Source: Micavibrio sp. UBA6145 (GTDB lineage Bacteria > Pseudomonadota > Alphaproteobacteria > Micavibrionales > UBA1664). Taken from it: a stretch of DNA of 64,000 bases. The DNA is taken from positions 65,409 to 129,408 of the forward strand of contig DIUZ01000002.1 of NCBI GenBank assembly GCA_002423205.1, written 5' to 3'. The notes below the pieces were generated by a model, which saw only the letters and a program-made list of their open reading frames with translations, ran no database searches and was not told the DNA's origin. Positions 47,301 through 56,172 of the stretch are shown in pieces (position 1 is the first letter of the stretch; every line of letters begins with the position of its first letter). Made by a program: the position numbers and the translations under genes.

Positions 47301-48447
47301 GCGTATCGCCCATGCCATTGGCCTGGTCCGGGACGAATACAATCTTGAGCGCCTGTCATGGTTTGACCAGATGTTTGAACCGCTTGGATACCGTACCTTC
47401 CGTGATTTCTGCGAGGACATGGCCGTCAAACGCCTGGATCAACTGCATCACCGTTGCCAGCGCCGGATCACCACCGCCGATGTGGACCAGGTGTCCAGCG
47501 GTGCCTTCCATCGCGACATTATCGCCAACATCGCCCGCATGCGTTCCGTCATTGAATCGCCGTTTCTGGACGACGCATACGTCAATCTGATCATGAATAA
47601 TGCCGGCGTCAGCAGAGAGTGGATGAATGCAACCGAACGCCTGTCCGCGTCACTGGCGTTGCCGATGATGGCCGACATCGTTTTTGACCCGACCCTGCAG
47701 CCCGAAAACCGTGCCATGCATATTGATGATGTTTTTACCCTGCGTAACCTGGTCGGATCCGAAGACCGCATCATCAAGCGCATGGATTGGGATGAACTGA
47801 ACGAAGTACGCTCCGAGATGCTGTTAATGCGCGCATCTCACCATATACTGCGTGACATGATGCGTGGAGACAGGCCGTCATGGTCGCCCCGCATGCTGCA
47901 GGTTTATGCCCTGCTGGAACAGAACGGCCTGACACTGTCAGATACGGCGCATTTGCAGGCGATGGGCCTGAGTGAGGGGGAGGCTGCACAGTATGCATCC
48001 CTCGACCGTCTGGCATTTGCCTACACTATGCTTTTGCATCTGGACAAGATCGACCCGAAACAGATCGGCACCACGCACAACATCGTGGTGGGCATGTTCC
48101 GCGACGCGGACCGCAACGGCATCGATTTCAAGGACCGCAACGTGCAATACATGCTGGGCCTGCGTTCAGATAATGAAATGCATCAGCTGATTATCGCGCC
48201 CGCACTGTTTGTCGCACGTAGTTTTTCGGCCACGCTGAAAGACACGCAGGATCCGGTACAGGGCCGCACCCTCGGAAAAGCCATGCAAAATTTCATGAAA
48301 GCCACGCGCCTTGAAGCCCATGTGGATCAGGGTGTATTGAAAGAATTCGGCATCTTTGACCGTGCTTCTCTGGGGCGTCTGATCGGCGACTTCGGCAGGG
48401 CGTTGAAGACAAAGCGCCGCAAGGACAACGCTCTGCAACCGGCTTAA
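44374..48447 (+). CDS. Very large (1357 aa) acidic helical protein of unknown function
   Basis: One uninterrupted ORF with composition like the surrounding genome. I see no signal peptide, TM segment, P-loop or metal motif. A G-hydrophobic motif recurs through the protein (see findings). Confidence 0.75.
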   Translation: MGKTKPAGQSRDKTVTAIKAAIMATPDEGESAPIVFPDIKTRGEDAFTAVTDFVESLIEAQQPLHISATWKEAGLRGHGHLIQIASRHAMEAARAAYDRAVSKSGFTATPETLDQHPALDFEAAMEWLFKTNARLFSDRTYAHLGGSSEAFYGAIQKSYADLACQSAKVAQSMLDADEDDPRALRIIERIWSVCFDRLGIQTLDDHLAEALGFTAGYLDTLEYRATRGKLRTSLREASKLRWSDRNGRSYGEAIIDAWATMQNDESVLEDTSTFAGTNFTPETFEHEFERMLDVLITKDLQALENHEMDVSELYALMENLERWRDMFGEVEEPEDIDPDHAGEDFWRFHVLQKFGYGSYTHMMECLNSSYASLQANMVLDTRAQGNPDDVYDSLMEVRDYLQKGNIAFDRPGAFAAIMLDRDAYFAALTETAPAAIDRDFNYTYQPALKTEQRLQILLNADDAFDRIDGTPAMARTSASPRSLAAQLEKTRMRRAEEILAMSRIAYTGEGLYLVMKPALELLDDLGLTLLSDEFHTRTGMDEKRAASLARLFDDADISTLWKTATSDDEDPLQRLVYAMEFENRFEKLDATRQVALLHTLDGSEQQHRMHLSQIADLAMNTAVERMALAPQDTLKNAEFLLVIRNGLNLMNPNALDHPLVFKRLTGKDLAEFLSVEQDTKSRVEQLVDADRNPFVITKEQAAERLVKITRMKPSAEGWCALRDLRHDAIITGFSLADNDILNAARINYSNLADLNAQHALAGAQECLDAALAKGPGMVSLKNLDAHQYHDFVMARRWLGRSGFALLQDDAYEAMGLAGRADFVERMRESLFDYAMQIESAIFREGITLVGPFQYLKAMREMRDAYQALGFDNERDDGAELPPDMTSNAVSVTTVRRALSSFAPRAHLAILNSDRPSSVKHRQMREIMQFSARMGIGFPNNDTTQAINQKLTDTVYGRLKHVLDVFAKKPDDMARGWRIAHAIGLVRDEYNLERLSWFDQMFEPLGYRTFRDFCEDMAVKRLDQLHHRCQRRITTADVDQVSSGAFHRDIIANIARMRSVIESPFLDDAYVNLIMNNAGVSREWMNATERLSASLALPMMADIVFDPTLQPENRAMHIDDVFTLRNLVGSEDRIIKRMDWDELNEVRSEMLLMRASHHILRDMMRGDRPSWSPRMLQVYALLEQNGLTLSDTAHLQAMGLSEGEAAQYASLDRLAFAYTMLLHLDKIDPKQIGTTHNIVVGMFRDADRNGIDFKDRNVQYMLGLRSDNEMHQLIIAPALFVARSFSATLKDTQDPVQGRTLGKAMQNFMKATRLEAHVDQGVLKEFGIFDRASLGRLIGDFGRALKTKRRKDNALQPA

Positions 48448-49976
48448 GCGCGCTTCATTCTTTCGCGCAGGTAAGACGCCACGCTGTCCATCGGAATGCG
48501 TTCCTGCTTCATCGTATTGCGCTCACGCACCGTGACCGTGCCGTCGGCAACGGTCTGGTCGTCGATGGTAAAGCAATACGGCGTGCCGATTTCGTCCTGA
48601 CGGGCGTAACGCTTGCCGATGTTTTGTTTGATATCCAGATCGACCACGAATTCGTCGCGCAGCTCCATGTACAGCTTGGTCGCCAGCACCGGGTGCTGGT
48701 CTTTGGCGGTGAGGGGCAGAATGGCCGCCTTTTTCGGTGCCACGGACGGATGGAAATTAAGATACACACCCGACGGACGCGACGGATCGACCGTATACGC
48801 CTCGCACAGCAGGGCCAGAACGCCGCGCGTCAGGCCCGCCGCCGGTTCGATGACATGGGGCATGAAACGTTCGTTCGTGACCGGGTCGAAGTAATCAAGT
48901 TTTTGTTTCGAATGCGTCTGGTGCTGGGTCAGGTCGTAATCGGTGCGGTAGGCAATGCCTTCCAGCTCGCCGAAGCCCGGTGCCGTGAACGGGAATTTGT
49001 ATTCAATATCGAACGTGCCCTTGGAATAGAACACCAGTTCGTCCTGGCCGTGTTCGCGCATCAGGATGTTGTCGCCCGACAGGCCGATCTGCTGCCAGAA
49101 TTTCTGACGCTCGGCCTTCCAGAAATCAAACCACATTTGCGCATCTTTCGGATGGCAGAAGAATTCCATTTCCATTTGTTCAAACTCTCGCGAGCGGAAG
49201 ACGAAGTTACGCGGATTCACTTCATTGCGGAATGCCTTGCCGACCTGTGCAATGCCGAACGGCACTTTTACGCGGCTGGAATCCACGACGTTTTTGAAGT
49301 TGATGAAAATGCCCTGCGCCGTCTCACCGCGTAAATACGCGATGTTGTCGTCCGATGCGACCGCGCCGATTTTTGTTTCGAACAAAAGGTTGAAGGCCTT
49401 GGGTTCGGTCAGCGTACCGATTTCCTTGGCATCGGGACCCAGGATTTTGCCGTAGTCGGCGAACGGAATGCTGTTCAGTGCCTTGCGGGTGTAATCGCCC
49501 TCGGTCTTGCCCTTGCCGAATTTTTTGATGCGTGACGGGGTAATGTCGTCTTCGTCCGATTGCGGAACGGCAAGCCACGCGCCGTTGCCATCATTCGGCA
49601 CCAGCACGTCAATGTGATCTTCGCGGTAACGTTTCTTGGTTTCCTTGCAATCTACCATCGGGTCGGCAAAACCGCCGACATGGCCGGATGCGACCCAGAC
49701 TTTCGGGTTCTGGATGATCGCGGAATCAAGGCCGACAATCTCAACCGGTTCGCCGTCCGGGCCGATCGGCGGGCACAGGACCATGGATTTCCACCACAGG
49801 TCACGCAGGTTGTTTTTCAGCTCAACGCCCAGCGGGCCGTAATCCCAGAAGCCGTTAATGCCGCCGTAAATGTCGGAGGCGCCAAAGATGAAACCGCGGC
49901 GCTTGCACAGCGCGACAATGTCTTTCATCAAATCCGTAGGCTTGGCTTCCTGAGCCGGGGCTTTTTCAGCAGTCAT
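48444..49976 (-). CDS. glyQS: Glycine--tRNA ligase, single-chain alpha2 (GlyQS) type
   Basis: The translation shows ...RRGFIFGASDIYGGINGFWDYGPLG, FRNEVNPRNFVFRSREFEQMEMEFF and a C-terminal anticodon-binding domain. 510 aa. Confidence 0.92.
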   Translation of the reverse strand: MTAEKAPAQEAKPTDLMKDIVALCKRRGFIFGASDIYGGINGFWDYGPLGVELKNNLRDLWWKSMVLCPPIGPDGEPVEIVGLDSAIIQNPKVWVASGHVGGFADPMVDCKETKKRYREDHIDVLVPNDGNGAWLAVPQSDEDDITPSRIKKFGKGKTEGDYTRKALNSIPFADYGKILGPDAKEIGTLTEPKAFNLLFETKIGAVASDDNIAYLRGETAQGIFINFKNVVDSSRVKVPFGIAQVGKAFRNEVNPRNFVFRSREFEQMEMEFFCHPKDAQMWFDFWKAERQKFWQQIGLSGDNILMREHGQDELVFYSKGTFDIEYKFPFTAPGFGELEGIAYRTDYDLTQHQTHSKQKLDYFDPVTNERFMPHVIEPAAGLTRGVLALLCEAYTVDPSRPSGVYLNFHPSVAPKKAAILPLTAKDQHPVLATKLYMELRDEFVVDLDIKQNIGKRYARQDEIGTPYCFTIDDQTVADGTVTVRERNTMKQERIPMDSVASYLRERMKRA

Positions 49977-50004
49977 GGCAAATCACTTTGTATGGTTTTG
50001 AAAA

Positions 50005-50481
50005 TTATTCTTTGGGGCCGGTTTGTTGCATATAGCCCTGGACGTAACCGTCTTCGATACGGTCATCCTGAATCGTACGGCGCAGCTGTGTGCTCGATTT
50101 CGGGGTGTATTTGTAGATGATCTTTTTCTTTTCCGGCTGGCCGAAACCGCTGAACGGATCGCCGATGCCGTTATAACCAAATTGCTGGCCGTCCGCGACG
50201 CCGTCACCGTCACGGTCCAGCGATTGCGCGCCGGGGAAATTGTTGACCGGCATCTGGGTCAGGAAATCTTCATCCGACGGGGACAGGGTGCCAGAGGTGT
50301 TGCCCGAATTACGCGCGGTGCTTCTGCCGTATTGGTTCTGCGTCAGCGCCTGTTGCTGCGCGGCTTCGCGCTGGGCCGATGTCGTCGTGAAATTATTGGT
50401 CGTGTTCGCCGTCTGCGCTTTGACGCCCGCCGGAACGGCAAGCATGACAAGGGCGGCAAGGAAAATGGTTCTCGTGATCAT
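50005..50481 (-). CDS. Small secreted protein with DxDxDG-type acidic loop
   Basis: The signal peptide is MITRTIFLAALVMLAVPAGVKA. The sequence is N/Q/T-rich and contains DRDGDGVADG. Confidence 0.6.
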   Translation of the reverse strand: MITRTIFLAALVMLAVPAGVKAQTANTTNNFTTTSAQREAAQQQALTQNQYGRSTARNSGNTSGTLSPSDEDFLTQMPVNNFPGAQSLDRDGDGVADGQQFGYNGIGDPFSGFGQPEKKKIIYKYTPKSSTQLRRTIQDDRIEDGYVQGYMQQTGPKE

Positions 50482-50495
50482 AAAGCCACGCTACC

Positions 50496-51011
50496 ATGGT
50501 TTTTATGGGTACGGAAGCTTTCAGACTGGCGGTTTTGAGCCGCGAACACGTGGACCGCGCGGCGGCATTTTTTAACTATAAACCGGGTGGATCGGACGAT
50601 ATCGCCCTGCGTAAAAACATGGTCTCCGGCGACTGGACGGTCATCCTCGCGGCGGACGGGGACACGGATATCGGCGGGGCCTATATCAACTGGACCCCCA
50701 AATATCAGGTCTACCAGCGCATGGATCTGCCCGAAATTCAGGATTTGCGGGTATCGCCCGGCCATCGCCGCCGGGGCATTGCCACCGCCATCATAGAAAT
50801 GGCTGAGAATCAGGCCCGGCAGGCCGATAAGATGGGGATGGGCCTGTCCGTGGGCCTGCATGCCGGCTACGGCGACGCCCAGCGCCTCTATGCCAGAATT
50901 GGCTATATCCCGGACGGTTATGGTATCACCTATGACCGGATTACCGTGCCGGCGGGCGAGGCCCGCAAGATCGACGACGATCTGGCCCTGATGCTGTTGA
51001 AATTTTTCTAA
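50496..51011 (+). CDS. GNAT family N-acetyltransferase
   Basis: ...IQDLRVSPGHRRRGIATAIIEMAENQA... is the acetyl-CoA motif A. The start is uncertain, as it lies only 14 bp from the divergent gene's start. Confidence 0.75.
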   Translation: MVFMGTEAFRLAVLSREHVDRAAAFFNYKPGGSDDIALRKNMVSGDWTVILAADGDTDIGGAYINWTPKYQVYQRMDLPEIQDLRVSPGHRRRGIATAIIEMAENQARQADKMGMGLSVGLHAGYGDAQRLYARIGYIPDGYGITYDRITVPAGEARKIDDDLALMLLKFF

Positions 51012-51232
51012 CGGAAAGCGCGATGTACATACCGCCTCACACAGGTCATGAAGCTGAAGGATGGGCCGCCATAGGCCGTGCTTTTGCACGCGCGGTAAAG
51101 GGCGTCTGCCGCTTGATCGCAAACCTTCGCAAATGCCGCAAACACCAAAAAATCCCAAGTTATAAGGCGCTGGAACCAGCGCGGAATCCCCGCTAGAGTC
51201 CCCTCGATTTCATACATCCAAGCGAGGGTTTA

Positions 51233-53899
51233 ATGGTCCAGTGGGTCTACGGTTTCGGCGGCGGCAAAGCGGACGGCGAAGCGTCCATGAAAAACCTCCT
51301 CGGCGGCAAGGGCGCAAACCTTGCTGAAATGTCGTCGATCGGCCTGCCGGTGCCCCCGGGCTTCACCATCACCACCGAAGTCTGCACCCATTTTTACGCC
51401 AACAACCAATCCTACCCCGCAGGACTGGAAGACCAGGTCGCCAAGGCATTGGCCAAAATCGAAAAAGAAGTCGACTGCGTTTTCGGCGACGTCAAAAAAC
51501 CGTTGCTGGTATCCGTGCGTTCCGGCGCGCGCGCATCCATGCCGGGCATGATGGACACGGTCCTCAATCTCGGCCTCAACGACCAGACGGTCGAGGGTCT
51601 GGCGGTGCGTTCAGGGGATGAGCGTTTCGCATGGGATTCCTACCGCCGCTTCATCCACATGTACGCCAATGTCGTGCTGGATATCGACCACCACAATTTC
51701 GAAGACATTCTTGATACCGCCAAGCGCCGCCTGAATTACACGCAGGATACGCAGATCACCGCCGCGCAGTGGAAAACCATCGTGAAAGATTACAAGCAAC
51801 TGGTGAAGGAACGCCTGGGCCGTGACTTCCCGCAGGACCCGCAGGAACAGATGTGGGGTGCCGTTGGTGCCGTGTTCAAATCATGGATGACGCACCGCGC
51901 GGTCACCTACCGCAACATTCACAACATCCCCGCCGAATGGGGCACCGCCGTCAACATTCAGGCGATGGTCTTCGGCAACATGGGCGATGACTGCGCCACC
52001 GGCGTGGCCTTCACGCGCGATCCGTCCACGGGCGAGAATTTTTTCTACGGTGAATATCTTGTCAACGCGCAAGGCGAAGACGTTGTCGCCGGTATCCGCA
52101 CGCCGCAGCAACTGACCATCGCGGCCAAGGAACGCGAAGGATCAAAACTGCCCGCCATGGAAGAAACCATGCCCGCCGTGTTCAAACAACTGGCCGAGGT
52201 GCGCCTGATCCTTGAAAAACATTATCGCGACATGCAGGACATCGAATTCACGGTCCAGCAGGGCAAGCTTTACATGCTGCAGACCCGCAACGGCAAACGC
52301 ACCGCCGCCGCCGCCGTTAAAATCGCCGTCGACATGGTCGGTGAAAACCTGATCAGCACGAATGAGGCCGTCCTGCGCGTCGATCCTGCCGCGCTTGACC
52401 AGTTGCTGCACCCGACCCTCGATCCCAAGGCCAAAAAAGAAGTGATCGCCAAGGGCCTGCCCGCATCGCCGGGCGCGGCCACGGGTAAAGTCGTATTTAA
52501 TGCCGACGACGCCGAAACATGGGCCAAGCGCGGCGACGCCGTCATGCTGGTGCGTGTTGAAACATCGCCGGAAGACATTCACGGTATGCACGCGGCGCAG
52601 GGTATCCTGACGTCACGCGGCGGCATGACATCGCACGCCGCCGTCGTCGCACGCGGCATGGGCCGTCCCTGCGTTGCGGGTGCTGGTTCGCTGATGATCG
52701 ACACCAAGGCTAAAACCCTGAAGGTCGGCAATTACGAAATCAAAGAGGGTGACATCATCACCATCGAAGGCAGCGCGGGTGAGGTGATCCTGGGCAGCGT
52801 TCCCACCATTCAGGCTGAACTCTCGGGCGATTTTGCGCAGTTGATGCAATGGGCCGACGCCGCCCGCCGCATGGGCGTACGCGCCAATGCCGAAACACCG
52901 GACGACGCATCGACCGCCCGCCATTTCGGCGCGGAAGGTATCGGCCTGTGCCGCACCGAACACATGTTCTTCGACCCCAACCGCATCCAGCGCGTGCGGG
53001 AAATGATTTTCGCCGAAGACACCGCTGGCCGTGTCACCGCGCTCAACCATCTGGCCCCGATGCAGAAGGGCGACTTCAAATCGTTGTTCACGATTATGAA
53101 GGGACTGCCCGTGACAGTGCGTCTGCTTGACCCGCCGCTGCATGAATTCCTGCCGCATTCGGACGCCGACATCGCATCCTTCGCTGCAACCGCAAACATC
53201 CCGGAAAAACGTGTGCGCCAGCGTCTTGGACAACTGCACGAGGCAAACCCAATGCTCGGGCACCGCGGCTGCCGCCTTGGCATCACGTATCCGGAAATTT
53301 ACGAGATGCAGGTCCGCGCCGTGTTCGAAGCCGCCAAAGAAGTCGGCGACGTCCTGCCGGAAATCATGATCCCGCTGATCGCAACCCGCAAGGAACTGAG
53401 CATCCTCAAAGTCATGACCGACCGCGTAGCGGGTGAGGTGGGCGTAAAGGATTACCAGGTCGGCACGATGATCGAACTGCCGCGCGCAGCCCTGATGGCC
53501 GATGACATCGCACACGAAGCCGCATTCTTCAGCTTCGGCACCAACGATTTGACGCAAACCACATTGGGCCTGAGCCGTGACGACGCAGGCAATTTCCTGC
53601 CCGCCTATCAGGACGCCGGCATCTTCGCACGCGACCCGTTCGCAACACTGGATCAACAGGGTGTGGGTCAGCTGGTACAAATCGGTGTCGAACGCGGCCG
53701 CAAAACCCGCCCTGACCTCAAGGTCGGCATCTGCGGCGAACACGGCGGCGACCCGGATTCCATTGCTTTCTTTGAAACCGCAGGCCTCGATTACGTATCA
53801 TGCTCACCGTACCGCGTGCCGATCGCACGTCTGGCCGCAGCGCAGGCTGCAATCAAATCAGCGGTTAAAACACCGGCACCGTTGAAAAAAGCAGGTTAA
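51233..53899 (+). CDS. ppdK: Pyruvate, phosphate dikinase
   Basis: The translation shows KWVY-like N-terminus MVQWVYGFGGG, GGKGANLAEM, TSRGGMTSHAAVVARG (phospho-His) and CRTEHMF...GTNDLTQ. 888 aa. Confidence 0.96.
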   Translation: MVQWVYGFGGGKADGEASMKNLLGGKGANLAEMSSIGLPVPPGFTITTEVCTHFYANNQSYPAGLEDQVAKALAKIEKEVDCVFGDVKKPLLVSVRSGARASMPGMMDTVLNLGLNDQTVEGLAVRSGDERFAWDSYRRFIHMYANVVLDIDHHNFEDILDTAKRRLNYTQDTQITAAQWKTIVKDYKQLVKERLGRDFPQDPQEQMWGAVGAVFKSWMTHRAVTYRNIHNIPAEWGTAVNIQAMVFGNMGDDCATGVAFTRDPSTGENFFYGEYLVNAQGEDVVAGIRTPQQLTIAAKEREGSKLPAMEETMPAVFKQLAEVRLILEKHYRDMQDIEFTVQQGKLYMLQTRNGKRTAAAAVKIAVDMVGENLISTNEAVLRVDPAALDQLLHPTLDPKAKKEVIAKGLPASPGAATGKVVFNADDAETWAKRGDAVMLVRVETSPEDIHGMHAAQGILTSRGGMTSHAAVVARGMGRPCVAGAGSLMIDTKAKTLKVGNYEIKEGDIITIEGSAGEVILGSVPTIQAELSGDFAQLMQWADAARRMGVRANAETPDDASTARHFGAEGIGLCRTEHMFFDPNRIQRVREMIFAEDTAGRVTALNHLAPMQKGDFKSLFTIMKGLPVTVRLLDPPLHEFLPHSDADIASFAATANIPEKRVRQRLGQLHEANPMLGHRGCRLGITYPEIYEMQVRAVFEAAKEVGDVLPEIMIPLIATRKELSILKVMTDRVAGEVGVKDYQVGTMIELPRAALMADDIAHEAAFFSFGTNDLTQTTLGLSRDDAGNFLPAYQDAGIFARDPFATLDQQGVGQLVQIGVERGRKTRPDLKVGICGEHGGDPDSIAFFETAGLDYVSCSPYRVPIARLAAAQAAIKSAVKTPAPLKKAG

Positions 53900-54354
53900 A
53901 CGCGCATTTCAACAAGCGGTTTGGGTTGAAAATAACCCATCATGCCGTTTTTCTCGTATTGCTCGTAATAGTCGTGAAGCTCCGTATGCTCGCGCGACTT
54001 CTTAAGGTCGTCGGAATATTCGGGGCTTTTCAGGCACGCGACTTTCTTCAGGATGCGTTCTTCCTGCCGGTCCAGATCGCCGTCGCACCACGCAAGCGCC
54101 CGCGCAATCGCGCAGAATTTATGCCGGTGTTCAGGCAGGGTGATCTTGCGATACACGATCTCGACATCCTGCGGATTGGCAAAATCGCCGCTTAATATCA
54201 AAAGCTGTTCCTGTGAGAAATTGATGCTGGTGCGGTATTCGTCCAGCACCGCGCGTTCTTCCGGTGAAACGTCATGGTCTGCGAACGCAAACGCGAATAT
54301 GGCCCGCCACATGGCGAATTCGCTATCGCTGATACCTTTGTCAAACTTACCCAT
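53896..54354 (-). CDS. Hypothetical protein, possibly TerB-like helical domain
   Basis: 152 aa: ...MWRAIFAFAFADHDVSPEERAVLDEY...KFCAIARALAWCDGDLDRQEERIL. The repeated 'D-x-x-x-x-E' helical pattern resembles TerB/DjlA-N. The functional call is weak. Confidence 0.5.
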   Translation of the reverse strand: MGKFDKGISDSEFAMWRAIFAFAFADHDVSPEERAVLDEYRTSINFSQEQLLILSGDFANPQDVEIVYRKITLPEHRHKFCAIARALAWCDGDLDRQEERILKKVACLKSPEYSDDLKKSREHTELHDYYEQYEKNGMMGYFQPKPLVEMRV

Positions 54355-54393
54355 GAAAAAGCGAACGCCGGAAAACGCACGATGGTTCCGGCC

Positions 54394-55158
54394 CTAAATG
54401 CGGGTTATCCCGGCCTTTGCCGCCTGTGCCAGCGCGTCATGGCGCAACATGGCCAGGCCCAGATCGCCGTTGCTGGACCGCATCTCCCCGATCAAATTTC
54501 CATCGATCATGATGTCGGTAAAGGGCGGCAAGATATCACCCGTGATTTTGACCGGGTACAGGCCGCGCTTGGCAAGGCCGCGATGATGCATGCGGCTGGT
54601 CAGTTCCTGCCCCATGTAACACCCCTTGGTGAAGGATACGCCGTTCAATGCCTCTAAATTCATGTCGGCGACGGTATCTTCCCCGCGCGCGAAATCGCGT
54701 ATGCCATCCGGAACGCCCAGCGAAAGGCGCATGCGGTCATAGACATCAAAATCTGCCGCTTCAAAACCATCCGGCGCAGTATGCGTGCGATATCCCAGAT
54801 TGGCATGGCGATGATCGCGCGCATGGCCCGGCGCATCGCCACCCCATGCGGCAAACACTTCAACCGGTTTCACATCAATCGTGATGACTTTACGCAGTTT
54901 GAACATCGCAAGACGCTTGGCCAGATCATCCGCAGACGCGCTGTCTGTTTCCAGCGCGATCCCCTCCGCCGTGGCGGTCATAAAAAAATCAAAGGCATAT
55001 TTGCCCTGCGGCGTGAGCAGGGCGCTGTACACCGGCTGGTCCGCAGATACATGTGCCATGTCATTGGTGATTAGCCCCTGCAGGAAATCCGCCGCGTCGG
55101 GACCCGACACGGTAATGGCGCTGCGGCCCGGCAATATGGTGTAATAACCCTTTGTCAT
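54394..55158 (-). CDS. ygfZ: YgfZ-type folate-binding protein (GcvT-like)
   Basis: ...ADFLQGLITND... and the family motif FTKGCYMGQE are both present. Confidence 0.85.
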   Translation of the reverse strand: MTKGYYTILPGRSAITVSGPDAADFLQGLITNDMAHVSADQPVYSALLTPQGKYAFDFFMTATAEGIALETDSASADDLAKRLAMFKLRKVITIDVKPVEVFAAWGGDAPGHARDHRHANLGYRTHTAPDGFEAADFDVYDRMRLSLGVPDGIRDFARGEDTVADMNLEALNGVSFTKGCYMGQELTSRMHHRGLAKRGLYPVKITGDILPPFTDIMIDGNLIGEMRSSNGDLGLAMLRHDALAQAAKAGITRI

Positions 55159-55187
55159 AGGCCCCTTTATATAGCATTCTGCCCCCG

Positions 55188-56165
55188 ATGAAGAAGATCC
55201 TGTTTATCACCGCAACCCGTATCGGGGACGCCGTTTTATCCATGGGGCTGCTGAACCATATGGTCAGCACATACCCGGACGCCCGGATTACGGTCGCCTG
55301 CGGGCCGCTGGTGACCGGTTTTTTCGAACCCGTCCCGCAGGTCGAGCGCGTCATCACCCTTAAAAAAGAAAAACGCGCCGGCCACTGGCGCAAGCTCTGG
55401 CGTCAGGTTGCTTTTACCCGCTGGGACATGGTGGTGGACTTACGCAATTCGCTTGTCTCCCGCCTGATTTTTGCCAAGCATAAATTCATCTTCGGCCCCC
55501 ATATCGACGGCCAGCGGCATAAGGTCGAACAAAACGCATCCGTTATGAAACTGGCCTACACGCCGGACCCGCGCCTGTGGTTTTCACCCAGCATCATGGC
55601 CGAAGCCAGAATGCTGATCCCTGACGGCGGCCCCGTCATCGGCGTCGGCCCCGCCGCCAACTGGTTTGCCAAGACCTGGCCGGCAGACCGCTTTATCGCA
55701 CTGCTCAAAATCCTGACCGGTGAGGGTGGCATCCTGCCCGGCGCGCGCATTGCCGTGATCGCAGCTCCCGGTGAGGAAGCGCAGGCAAGGCCGGTACTCG
55801 AAAGTATCCCCGAACATCAGCGCATCGACCTGATCGCCAAGGGCTCGCCGCATCTGGCGGCCGCGTGCATTGCGCGTTGTGATTTCTTTGTCGGGAATGA
55901 TTCCGGCCTGACCCATTCCGCCGCCGCCGCCGGTATCCCTACGCTGGGATTATTCGGCCCCAGCTGGCCGCATATCTATCGTCCGTGGGGCAAACATGCC
56001 GGTTTCATCGCCACGCCTCAAAACTTCGCGCAGCTGATCGATTACCCCGGCTATAACAGCAAAACCGCACCCTGCCTGATGGATGGCCTGTCCATCGATA
56101 CGGTTGCTGCCGCCGCTTTTGATGTCTGGGCCAATTCCCAAAAGGGTCGAACCAAGGTAGCCTGA
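55188..56165 (+). CDS. Glycosyltransferase family 9 (heptosyltransferase-like)
   Basis: MKKILFITATRIGDAVL...; ...FVGNDSGLTHSAAAAGIPTLGLFGPS. Confidence 0.85.
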   Translation: MKKILFITATRIGDAVLSMGLLNHMVSTYPDARITVACGPLVTGFFEPVPQVERVITLKKEKRAGHWRKLWRQVAFTRWDMVVDLRNSLVSRLIFAKHKFIFGPHIDGQRHKVEQNASVMKLAYTPDPRLWFSPSIMAEARMLIPDGGPVIGVGPAANWFAKTWPADRFIALLKILTGEGGILPGARIAVIAAPGEEAQARPVLESIPEHQRIDLIAKGSPHLAAACIARCDFFVGNDSGLTHSAAAAGIPTLGLFGPSWPHIYRPWGKHAGFIATPQNFAQLIDYPGYNSKTAPCLMDGLSIDTVAAAAFDVWANSQKGRTKVA

Positions 56166-56172
56166 GGGCCAC

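Noticed and set aside
51008-51217. The 69-aa minus-strand ORF in the 220-bp region upstream of ppdK
   Set aside because: It has no SD, no recognisable features and odd composition. The region is more plausibly the ppdK promoter or leader. A short hairpin (GCGCTGG-AA-CCAGCGC, around 51167-51182) has no T-run, so I do not call an sRNA or terminator.
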